From the IMG/VR virus record IMGVR_UViG_3300017784_005363, positions 21,419 to 85,418 of that record: 64,000 nucleotides of DNA; one strand, given 5' to 3'. Each line of letters opens with the position of its first letter. Position 1 is the first letter of the stretch. The stretch is from a virus. Taxonomy: Duplodnaviria > Caudoviricetes. The position numbers and the translations under genes were made by a program. Below are positions 1-9,100 of this stretch, in pieces. A model generated the notes under the pieces. It was not told the DNA's origin. It ran no database searches and saw only the letters and a list, made by a program, of their open reading frames with translations.

Positions 1-1
1 T

Positions 2-613
2 AACATAGGAACTAATGCAGTTGATTTTTCAGAAAGTGATGGAGCAAGTTCAACTAGAGGAGCAACAGCACCTTTATCTTTTGCATGTAATTATAGAACA
101 ACTGCTAGTGGAAATTTTGCTTTTGCTTCTGGTTCTTCTACTACTGCTTCAGGATTTGGAGCCTTTGCTACTGGACAGAATGGTACAGCATCTGGAAATT
201 CTTCTACTGTAACTGGTTTTACTTGTATTGCTTCAGGTGATGGTTCTTTTGCAACTGGTAATGGTAATACTTCTCCATCAGGTTATGAAACAGTTGTAGG
301 TATGTTTGCTACTAATTATTCTCCAGCTAGTACAAATGGATATAGTGCTTTAGATAGAGTATTTAATATTGGTAATGGAACTGTTGCTGGGGCAAGAAGT
401 GATGCTTTTACAGTTCTTAAAAATGGTACATCTATTTTTGGTGGTCCTGCAAGATTAAAAACTTATACAGTAGTTACATTACCTGCTGGTGTTTTAGGAG
501 ATACAGCAATTGTAACAGATGCTACAGCTCCTACATATCTAGGTGCTTTAGTTGGTGGAGGTGCAGTAGTATGTCCAGTATTCTATAATGGAACAGCTTG
601 GGTTAGTCATTAA
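2..613 (+). CDS. Tail/head fibre protein with YadA-like (Hep_Hag) beta-roll repeats, 5'-truncated by the window edge
   Basis: The frame of the 302..613 ORF is open back to nt 2 (NIGTNAVDFSES...). It contains 14-aa repeats TTASGNFAFASGSS / TTASGFGAFATGQN / GTASGNSSTVTGFT / CIASGDGSFATGNG, typical of trimeric beta-roll heads. Confidence 0.7.
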   Translation, partial: NIGTNAVDFSESDGASSTRGATAPLSFACNYRTTASGNFAFASGSSTTASGFGAFATGQNGTASGNSSTVTGFTCIASGDGSFATGNGNTSPSGYETVVGMFATNYSPASTNGYSALDRVFNIGNGTVAGARSDAFTVLKNGTSIFGGPARLKTYTVVTLPAGVLGDTAIVTDATAPTYLGALVGGGAVVCPVFYNGTAWVSH

Positions 614-633
614 TATTAACATTATTATAATCA

Positions 634-681
634 TTTATTCAAAACTTTTAATTAAATTTGCAGTTAAAAGTTTTGAATAAA
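634..681 (+). promoter_or_regulatory. Perfect 18-bp inverted repeat whose 12-nt loop holds a Bacteroidota -7 promoter box (TAAATTTG, 653-660)
   Basis: tttattcaaaacttttaa (634-651) and ttaaaagttttgaataaa (664-681) are exact reverse complements; the loop is ttaaatttgcag. Confidence 0.7.
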
Positions 682-709
682 AAATAAAATATCTTAAATT
701 TTAAATTAC

Positions 710-1102
710 ATGGGAGAAATTAAACAAATTATTATAGATAATTTTCCAGCAATTTTCAGTTGCTTATTTGGTGGAGGAGGTTTATTCTTATTCTTTTTAG
801 AAAGAAAGAAAAATAGAGCTTTCACAAGTCAAGAAGTAGCTAAAGCAGGACAGGAAGAAGCTACAGCTTTGTCAAATATGAGACAAGCCTACAAAGAGTT
901 TACAGAAGATATGACACAAAGGTATGAAGTGTTAAGTGAAGAAGTGAAAGATTTAAAAAAAAAGCTGTTAACTGTTACAACCCAAGTTAAAGAAGAAGAA
1001 GAAAAGTATGACATTTTAAAAACATCATATGACAAATTAAAAATATCATATGACAATCTTAAAAAAGAGTTTGATAATTATAAGAAAAAACATTCAAAAT
1101 AA
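710..1102 (+). CDS. Membrane-anchored coiled-coil protein, putative holin/lysis protein
   Basis: Single N-terminal hydrophobic helix (FPAIFSCLFGGGGLFLFFL) followed by RKK and a long heptad coiled coil; lies directly after a fibre gene. Confidence 0.45.
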   Translation: MGEIKQIIIDNFPAIFSCLFGGGGLFLFFLERKKNRAFTSQEVAKAGQEEATALSNMRQAYKEFTEDMTQRYEVLSEEVKDLKKKLLTVTTQVKEEEEKYDILKTSYDKLKISYDNLKKEFDNYKKKHSK

Positions 1103-1106
1103 TTAA

Positions 1107-2423
1107 ATGATAAGAAAACAAATCATAGATTACCTACTATCTAAATCAGGAAATTTAGATAGTGGGGAAACTTGGTACACAATTGGTATCAAATTTGGTA
1201 TAGAGCCACAAGATAAACAAAGAGCTGAAACTGATGAAGCATACAAAAAAAGGTCAATACAAACACAAGCCAATGATATTTGGAGATTGTATTTAAAACA
1301 AAAAAACAAATTAGAAGTAGTAAAAGAGACTTATAAAAATGGTAAGTTACAATTTGAGACTTTAAAAGAAAGACCAAAGAATGTTGAAGTAAATCATGAA
1401 GATTTCGACATAGATAGAATGACCACTAACCCTTATGGTGGAGCTTGGATAAAGCTAAAAAGAAAAGAGAAAATTTATGAAGATGACCACCTTGATAAAT
1501 TAAAAGAACTACTCACAAAAGAAATTACCCCAACATTATACACTGAACCAACTACAACCAATGATAAAGGATTATTTATTTATGGTTCAGATAAACATAT
1601 AGGAGCATTAACTAAAGAAGACTCTAATTTTACAAATAAATATGACAGAGATGAAATGAGAAAAAGAATTGTCATTTTTACTTTAAGTCATATATTTAAA
1701 AATGTAGCTCTTCATGGTAAATTTGAATCATTATTTATAATGGATTTAGGTGATGCTTTGGATGGTTTTAATCAAAAAACAACTGGAGGTCTTAGAGGAA
1801 CATCTTCACATACATTACCACAACAATTAAACAACAGAGAACAACATGACTTTTATGTAGAATTACATAAGGAATTATTTGATAGTATAATGGCAAACTC
1901 TTTAGCAAAAGATGTTTACTTTATATCTACAAGTAATAGTAACCATGGAGGTGATTTTGAATATGGAGCAATGAGAAATCTGGAAACATATCTTAATATT
2001 AAACATCCTGGTATTAAGACATATGTATCATATAAACCATTTAATCATTTTATTTATGGTAATCACTGTGTAATTTTTGGTCATGGTAAAGATGATGAAG
2101 ATATGAAAAATGGATTACCATTAGTCTTAAATGATAAAGTATCAAACTTAATATCTGATTATATTAGAGTTAATAAACTTGAAGATTATAATGTAAGCTT
2201 TATTAGTGGAGATTTACATCAATCTGCTGAAACTTATGCTAAAAATTTTAGATATAAGAAAGTATTATCTCAATATGGAAGTTCTAAATGGATGCACACT
2301 AACTTTGGTTCAGGTGCACCAGGATTGTCTTCTGAAGTATATGAGAAAAATTCAGCAGAAATTCTTAAAGGAGATATATTTTTTACTATTGATAATGAAT
2401 CTAATACAGGAATTCACTTCTAA
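1107..2423 (+). CDS. Calcineurin-like metallophosphoesterase
   Basis: Motifs in the expected order: GSDKHIG (DxH), DLGDALDG (GDxxD), SNSNHGG (xNH), FGHG, GDLHQ. Confidence 0.85.
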   Translation: MIRKQIIDYLLSKSGNLDSGETWYTIGIKFGIEPQDKQRAETDEAYKKRSIQTQANDIWRLYLKQKNKLEVVKETYKNGKLQFETLKERPKNVEVNHEDFDIDRMTTNPYGGAWIKLKRKEKIYEDDHLDKLKELLTKEITPTLYTEPTTTNDKGLFIYGSDKHIGALTKEDSNFTNKYDRDEMRKRIVIFTLSHIFKNVALHGKFESLFIMDLGDALDGFNQKTTGGLRGTSSHTLPQQLNNREQHDFYVELHKELFDSIMANSLAKDVYFISTSNSNHGGDFEYGAMRNLETYLNIKHPGIKTYVSYKPFNHFIYGNHCVIFGHGKDDEDMKNGLPLVLNDKVSNLISDYIRVNKLEDYNVSFISGDLHQSAETYAKNFRYKKVLSQYGSSKWMHTNFGSGAPGLSSEVYEKNSAEILKGDIFFTIDNESNTGIHF

Positions 2424-2437
2424 TTAAAAATAATTTG

Positions 2438-2445
2438 TATCTTTG
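2438..2445 (+). promoter_or_regulatory. Host sigma-A -7 box TATCTTTG, 4 nt upstream of an ATG (probable leaderless mRNA)
   Basis: TATCTTTG-CTTC-ATG; matches the TAnnTTTG consensus. No clear -33 TTTG. Confidence 0.55.
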
Positions 2446-2449
2446 CTTC

Positions 2450-3169
2450 ATGGAAGAATTAAAAATACAAATATTGGAATGTTTTAAGGGTTTAGACTTT
2501 GAAGAAAGAACACATAAATATCTTTATCAAACTAAACCCATTAAAATTTCTGTCTCTGGTTTAATTAAAAATTTTTATGAACCATTTGATGCATATCAAA
2601 TTAGTTTAAGAATAGCAAAAAGAGATGGAATAACACAAGAAGAAGTTCTTAAAGGTTGGAGTGATGAAGGTAAAAAAGGAATAGATAAAGGTAATAAAGC
2701 ACATTTATTTGGAGAAATATTTCCCTTTAATAAACATTTAGAACCTAGTGATAATTATGAATTAGCAATTACAAAGTTTTGGAATGACCTTCCTGAACAT
2801 ATTGTACCTGTTATAATGGAATTAAGAATGTTCCATAAAGATTATATGTTTGCTGGTACAGCAGATATTTTGTTGTATAATACAATTACTAAAATGTTTA
2901 TAATTGGAGATTATAAAACTAATAAAGATTTATTTAAAAACTTTAAAAATAAAAAAATGTTAGCTCCATTTGATAGTATGTATGATACACCATTTGGTCA
3001 TTATCAATTACAATTATCCTTTTATCAAATGTTATTTGAACAAACTGGATTTAGAGTAGAAGCAAGAAAATTAATATGGTTACTTCCTGATGGTACATAT
3101 AATATGTATGATATGGATGATTTAACTGGAGTTTTAAAAGAACAATTAAAAAATAAAATTAAAATTTAA
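2450..3169 (+). CDS. PD-(D/E)XK exonuclease, Cas4/RecB-like, without an evident Fe-S Cys cluster
   Basis: FAGTADILL...IIGDYKT...YQLQLSFY motifs. ATG 2450 is preferred over the track's TTG 2435, which overlaps the promoter box. Confidence 0.8.
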   Translation: MEELKIQILECFKGLDFEERTHKYLYQTKPIKISVSGLIKNFYEPFDAYQISLRIAKRDGITQEEVLKGWSDEGKKGIDKGNKAHLFGEIFPFNKHLEPSDNYELAITKFWNDLPEHIVPVIMELRMFHKDYMFAGTADILLYNTITKMFIIGDYKTNKDLFKNFKNKKMLAPFDSMYDTPFGHYQLQLSFYQMLFEQTGFRVEARKLIWLLPDGTYNMYDMDDLTGVLKEQLKNKIKI

Positions 3170-3175
3170 ACTATT

Positions 3176-3628
3176 ATGGGACAGCCATCATTAAAATTAA
3201 TCACAGATAAAAATCTGAAAAAAATATTAGAATATATTCTAAAACAATTAAAACATTTATTAATTTTATCAGAGTCTTCTGGTAATCCATTTTACAAATC
3301 ATATTCAGCATTATTGACACAAACAGGAGTAGATGCACCTACTGCATTAGTAAAACAACCTTTAACAGGTGTAACTGTAACTTACTCATATGTTTCTCCT
3401 GCTGTTTATAAGATTATTTTCTCAGAACCTATATTAACAGAGACAAATCATAGAGTAATACAAGGAGCAGGAAATCAAAGTTCATTAGTTTCTATATGGG
3501 CATATTATGATTCACCAACAGAACTTACAATAGAATGTTATGATTTAGGAAATACTAATATAACTATTCCTACTTCTGATGATATATTATTAAATCAATA
3601 TATCGAAATACAAATAGATAATGATTAA
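3176..3628 (+). CDS. Hypothetical protein, possibly virion structural
   Basis: 150-aa ORF in the late operon with a beta-rich C-terminal region; no catalytic motif recognised. Confidence 0.55.
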   Translation: MGQPSLKLITDKNLKKILEYILKQLKHLLILSESSGNPFYKSYSALLTQTGVDAPTALVKQPLTGVTVTYSYVSPAVYKIIFSEPILTETNHRVIQGAGNQSSLVSIWAYYDSPTELTIECYDLGNTNITIPTSDDILLNQYIEIQIDND

Positions 3629-3630
3629 TT

Positions 3631-3741
3631 ATGAAAAAATTAACTAAAAAACAAACATTACAATTGTGTAAAGAGAAAAAGTCTTTACCTAGTAAATTAA
3701 AACAAAAGTATTGTAAATGTTTATGTTGTAATGAAGAATAA
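3631..3741 (+). CDS. 36-aa basic, Cys-rich small protein (MKKLTKKQTLQLCKEKKSLPSKLKQKYCKCLCCNEE), missed by the ORF track
   Basis: ATG 3631 to TAA 3741 fills the gap between 3628 and 3749 with 2-nt and 7-nt spacing. Confidence 0.55.
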   Translation: MKKLTKKQTLQLCKEKKSLPSKLKQKYCKCLCCNEE

Positions 3742-3748
3742 ATAAGAT

Positions 3749-4450
3749 ATGACTTATAGAGATATTATACAAAGAATACTATCACTTTACTCAAAAGGTG
3801 TTCAATCCCAATCTATTAGATTGGCAGATAGACATGTAGCTAATAAAATGACTACTGTGAGAAGTAAGTTAGTTTCTCAAGAAGCCAAGAAAAAACAGAA
3901 AATTAATCAGTGGAGTTATCAAACATTAAATTGTGTAGAGTTAATAAAAGCTCAACCCAATGAGTGTCCTTGTATAGCTCCTCCTGGTTGTGAGATACTT
4001 AGAAGTAAATATCCTATTCCAAAACCATTAACAGATTTAAATAAACATTTAATTCAATCTGTTACTACTTTAGATGGAGATATTATTTTTTCTGAAATTA
4101 CTTGGACTGAAAAGAAATATAAAAAATATAGTAAATATACAGCAAATAAACCTGATTATTTTATTAGAAATAATTATTTGTATATTACAAGTAGAATTGG
4201 TTTAAAAGTTATTACAGTAACTGGATTATTTGATGACCCATTAGCAGCATATAACTTTCCTTCAATGTGTAAAGATTGTGTAGATTGTCATGATTGTACT
4301 AGTCCATTAGATATGGAATTTCCAATTGATAATGATATGGTTGATACATTAATTGACATGTGTAAAGATGAATTAATAGCTCAATTTTCACAGATGCCAG
4401 AAGATTTAAGAAATAATGCAATTGATAGTTTGCCAGAAAATAGTAAATAA
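3749..4450 (+). CDS. crAss-like tail ring / head-tail connector protein
   Basis: Size and position just upstream of the IHF-like, tail tubular and muzzle genes match the conserved crAss-like tail block; Cys-rich. Confidence 0.55.
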   Translation: MTYRDIIQRILSLYSKGVQSQSIRLADRHVANKMTTVRSKLVSQEAKKKQKINQWSYQTLNCVELIKAQPNECPCIAPPGCEILRSKYPIPKPLTDLNKHLIQSVTTLDGDIIFSEITWTEKKYKKYSKYTANKPDYFIRNNYLYITSRIGLKVITVTGLFDDPLAAYNFPSMCKDCVDCHDCTSPLDMEFPIDNDMVDTLIDMCKDELIAQFSQMPEDLRNNAIDSLPENSK

Positions 4451-4917
4451 TGGGTTGTAAGAATGTAAGAGATAGTTATAAACTATATAAAAAATCAGTA
4501 GAAAATCCAGTTGATATTCAAACTTATATTAAATATGTTAATGATTATCATAAATTTTTAATGAATAAAGTATTTGAAGGAAATGAAATTACATTACCAG
4601 CAAGAATGGGAACATTATGTATTGTAGGTAAAAAACAAAAAGTATCATTTGATGAAGATGGTAAAGTAAAAGGATTAGCTCCAGATTGGGTTAAAACAAA
4701 ACAATTATGGAATAGTAATTCAGAAGCAAAAGAAAGAAAGCAATTACTGTATCACACTAATAGTCATACAGATAATACAAGATATAGATTTGCATGGTCT
4801 AAAATTAATATTTTAGCAAAGAATAAAATTCTTTATTCATTAAGAATGACTAGAGATAATAAAAGAGCTGTGCATGATTTAATATTACAAGGAAAACAAT
4901 TTATAACTAAATATTAA
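4450..4917 (+). CDS. IHF/HU-like DNA-binding protein of the crAss-like tail block
   Basis: FLMNKVFEGNEITLPARMGTLCIVGKK resembles the HU/IHF core; basic protein; conserved synteny. Confidence 0.65.
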   Translation: MGCKNVRDSYKLYKKSVENPVDIQTYIKYVNDYHKFLMNKVFEGNEITLPARMGTLCIVGKKQKVSFDEDGKVKGLAPDWVKTKQLWNSNSEAKERKQLLYHTNSHTDNTRYRFAWSKINILAKNKILYSLRMTRDNKRAVHDLILQGKQFITKY

Positions 4918-4921
4918 TATT

Positions 4922-5191
4922 ATGGGAGAAGCATTATCAAGAGCAACCTTTAAACAAAAAGAGATTGACACTATTCCTAAAGGAGCAAAAGTCTTATCTA
5001 AAGATGTGTCAATAACAGTAGAAGAAATTGAAAATGGATTTTTAGTTTCTAAATCTACTGAAGTAAAATATCAATATGATAAAAGAACAGATTATTCTTA
5101 TCATACAAAGAAATATTTTGCAAAGGAGAATCCATTAGAATTAGATATGGATAAAATATCAGATAAATCATTAGCAGATAATTTTGAATAA
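4922..5191 (+). CDS. Small conserved hypothetical protein of the tail block
   Basis: 89 aa; VSITVEEIENGFLV beta motif; overlaps the next gene. Confidence 0.6.
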   Translation: MGEALSRATFKQKEIDTIPKGAKVLSKDVSITVEEIENGFLVSKSTEVKYQYDKRTDYSYHTKKYFAKENPLELDMDKISDKSLADNFE

Positions 5192-6131
5192 TATGTCAGA
5201 AATGCAATATACATCAATCAATACAGTACTTGGTAAATTTTATAGAGATTTAAGAGGTAATGAAATTAGTGAGTCAGACCTTATAGAATGGACTGGTGAA
5301 GCTTTAGAATTTCTAAAGGTGAATCAGATTCAGGAACAAGCTATTGCCTTTCTTGAAGTAAAAGATTTTCATGCTGAGATACCAAAAGGATTTCAAATGG
5401 TATTACAAATTGCCAGAAATAATAGATGGGTAGAAGAAGAAAAAGAAAGCTGTACTCCATGTGTGGTAATTGATGCAATAGAAGAAGAAGTTCCTGGTTG
5501 TTGTACTGGCACTATAGTTACAGATTGTAATGGATTTGTAATTGAAAATAATAACATAGTTGATTATAAACCTTATTTTGATTTAAGATTTAATTATCAA
5601 CCTTGGATTAATAGTTACTATTATAGAAGTAATTATACACCTGTAAGATTAAGTAATCATACTTTATTCAATTCAATTGTTTGCAAAGAAAAAGTTGATG
5701 AATGTATAGGATGTGTAGATGAATATACTATTGTAGGTTTACAAGAAAAAAGAATTAGAACTTCATTTCAAAATGGTTCTATTGCAATGGCATATTTAAA
5801 AAATGCTATTGATGATGAAACAGGTTATCCTTTAATCCCAGACCAAATATCATATATTACTGCTATTGTTTATTATATACAATGGAAAATAGCACAAATG
5901 TATGACTGGAATGGTAGAGAAGGTTATGCTAGAATATCTCAAGATAAAGAAAGACTTTGGACTAGATATGCTAAACAAGCTAAGAACTATGCTAAGATGC
6001 CTAAATCATTAGATGATTATCAAGACCTTTTAGAACAGTCACATTATTTAATTCCTAACCATAAAAAATACTATGGTTTCTTTGGTAATCTTTCAAGAAC
6101 AGAACATTTACCTTTTAAATATAATACTTAA
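5184..6131 (+). CDS. Tail tubular (P22 gp4-like) ring protein
   Basis: About 315 aa, immediately before the muzzle gene; C-terminal helical PLIPDQISYITAIVYYI...W...A pattern of tail tubular proteins. Confidence 0.65.
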   Translation: MNNMSEMQYTSINTVLGKFYRDLRGNEISESDLIEWTGEALEFLKVNQIQEQAIAFLEVKDFHAEIPKGFQMVLQIARNNRWVEEEKESCTPCVVIDAIEEEVPGCCTGTIVTDCNGFVIENNNIVDYKPYFDLRFNYQPWINSYYYRSNYTPVRLSNHTLFNSIVCKEKVDECIGCVDEYTIVGLQEKRIRTSFQNGSIAMAYLKNAIDDETGYPLIPDQISYITAIVYYIQWKIAQMYDWNGREGYARISQDKERLWTRYAKQAKNYAKMPKSLDDYQDLLEQSHYLIPNHKKYYGFFGNLSRTEHLPFKYNT

Positions 6132-6133
6132 TA

Positions 6134-9100
6134 ATGGAAGTAAATAATAATATTTCAGAAAATATTGGTGGATTGCATTCAGATGCTTCACCACAAAATC
6201 AACCTAAAGGTTCTCAAAGATTTGCATTAAATGTAGTCAATGAATCTGAACATGGTGATGAACCTTATAGAAGTAATGAAGAAAGTAATGAAGTATGTAC
6301 TTATTTAAAAGAAGATTTCATTCCTCTTGATAAATGTTACATTGGTAATAAAGAGGTTATTGTTTTCTCTGTAAAAAAAGATAATAGTATTTCAGAAATT
6401 GGAATTCTAAGTAATTCTTGTGTATATACTGTACATGTAAATGATGAATTTTCTACAGATAAATTAGGTTTTACTGTAGAACATCAAATTAATTCTACTT
6501 ATAGATTAAGAAGAGGATGTGAAAGAACTGTTTATTGGACAGATGATAATGAGAAACCAAGATACTACAATTTTGATAAACCAGAAGATTTTAAAGATAA
6601 ACTTAGTGGTGAATGGGAAGCAACAAAATTTAACTTATTTAAAGAGTATAGTAAAATTCCTGAATTTAGAGCTGTTGAAGTTTTAGATTCTGGGGGTAAC
6701 TTAAAATCAGGTAGTTATAACATGTCAATTAGATATGTAGATGAAGGTTTAAATCCTTCTGAATGGATTATAACTTCACCTATTATTAATATTTATAATG
6801 ATTTAAAATCAGAAGCTTTTCTTAATATTAGAGGAAGTATTACTTCTGATGTAGATTATCTTAATTTTCCAATATCATCTAAAGCAATTAGAGTGGAATT
6901 TGATAACTTAGATGACAATTATCCATTCTATCAAATTGCATTTATAGAAGCTACTAATGGAAGTGGAATGGTTTCAGATGTTAAATACACTGATACTATA
7001 CCAACTTCTAAAGACTTCTATATTTATACTGGAGATAATATTACAGTTAATGGAACTGAAGAAGAAATTTTATTCTTTAATGAGATTATTTATAGAGCAA
7101 ATTCTATTGAACAAATAGAAAATAGATTATTACTTGCAAATACAGAAGGTAAAAATGTTGATTTTTGTAAACTTCAAAAATATGCAAGTAGAATAAAAGC
7201 TGATGTTGTAACTAAAAAAGTTATTGTAAATGATATAAATGACCCTAGGAATACTAAGAATCCTACTATGCATTTTGGAGATATGATTACAGGAGGTACA
7301 GGTTATATGCCAGGTGAGATATATTCATTTGGTATTAATTATGTATTTACTGATGGCTCTATGAGTCCAACTTATCATATACCAGGAAAGAATCCTTCTA
7401 TACATCCTTCAACTATATTTACTTCTGGTCCAGCTACATATCCAATGAGTCAGAATAATGAGAGTCAAAACAATACTTATATTGATAATGACAATTGTTC
7501 TTCTAATGACTACTGGGGATTAGATTCAGAAGGTGATAGTTTATCAGGGAGACCTGTTAGACATCATAGATTTCCTTTAAGAAGTGAAATAGGTTTATCA
7601 TTAATAACTGAAGAAGCAGCTACACCTCAAACATTTCCATATTTTAAATTACAATTTAATGCTAATGGAACAACTCCATTACCTTGTACACAAGATATGA
7701 TTGATGCTGGAGAATGTGGTGCTATTGTTGTAGCTCCTCCTTTTCAAGCTAGAGTTAGTTTCACTGTTGATGGAAGTCCAGAAACATTAGTAATGAATAT
7801 TGATACTAATATAATTTCTAATCCAGTTAATGTAACTGTATTATCAAATTTATATAGTTCAAATGCAATTGTTATTACAGGTATTGAAGAGTCTGATGGT
7901 GCAGGAGGTTTCTATGATGTACTTTCTTATCCTTCAGCTAAAGGTTTAACTTATTCAACCAATGTTATTCCAGCTGATTTTACTACAGAAGGTAAAATAT
8001 TTTCAACAGAAATTCTAGGTATTAAATTTTCTGGTGTTGATTTACCTAGTTTAGTAGATACTAATGGTAATGAAGTTATTGGTTATTATATTGTAAGAAA
8101 TGATAGAGTTGAAAATGAAAAGACTATTTTAGATAGTGCTGTTTTAACTCCAAGTTTAAAAAATAATAAATATATATCACATGGATTACTACAACCAGTA
8201 GTTGACCCAAATAGAATAAGTAAAGATGTATTTGGAATGATACATCCAGAACATAAATTTAATGAAAGAGAATATACTAATTATACAAGTATTATACAAG
8301 AAGGTAATTTCCAAATTGTAAAAAGAAATTATAGTAAGATTAGATATAATGATTGTTTTGATGGTTCATCTTATGATAGTAGTATTCATAAAGAAGGTAA
8401 TGATGATGGTAATAATTTAGATGGATGGGGTGTAACTAGTTTCAATAGAGACCAATATACTCATTTTGTTCCTAGAACTAATTTTGAAATAGACCAAACT
8501 CAAATAAAAGAAAAATTTTATTTAAAAGCTTTACAAAGTAGAGATATAAATGATGGTGCAAATGCTGTATATAATATTGCAGGTGATAATAGAGTAGGAA
8601 TGATTCAATTAAAAGCAAACAATTTAATTAATCCTATAACAGAAAACTTACCTTATGTATTATTAAAAAGAGATATTGCTGATTCATATTCAACATTTAG
8701 AACTTTACCTTATTATAAAGATAGTATCAATATGGAAACAGCTGATACTGCTAGTATTTTTAGTGGTGATACTTATGTAGCACCTATGAGATATACTAAT
8801 TCAATTTGGTGGGATAATAGACCAGCAGAAAGAGCTGGTAAAACTTCTGTATGGAATTATATCATTGGTGGTATTTTAATTGTTATTGGAGCTATCTTAT
8901 TAATTTTTGGAGGTTCTGGTGCAATTGTTATTGGAGCAGGTATTGCTATTATTGGTGGTGGAGCTTTATTCATTTCTTCAGGTATTGAAAGAGATGCTTT
9001 AGTAAAAGCTTATCAAGAAGAATATTCTAAAGGTTTAAGGGAAACAGCATTAGATAATATTACTCAATTAATCTATAGAGATAATGTTTCTCTATGGGGA

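Noticed and set aside
634-681. Recombinase-invertible promoter
   Set aside because: Only 12 nt lie between the arms, too short for typical inversion, and no recombinase is in the window.
1020-1061. Imperfect 21-nt tandem repeat in the holin-like gene
   Set aside because: Explained by a coiled-coil heptad duplication (KTSYDKL/KISYDNL).
2450-3169. CRISPR-Cas locus around the Cas4-like gene
   Set aside because: No repeat-spacer array or other cas genes seen; the four-Cys Fe-S motif is absent.
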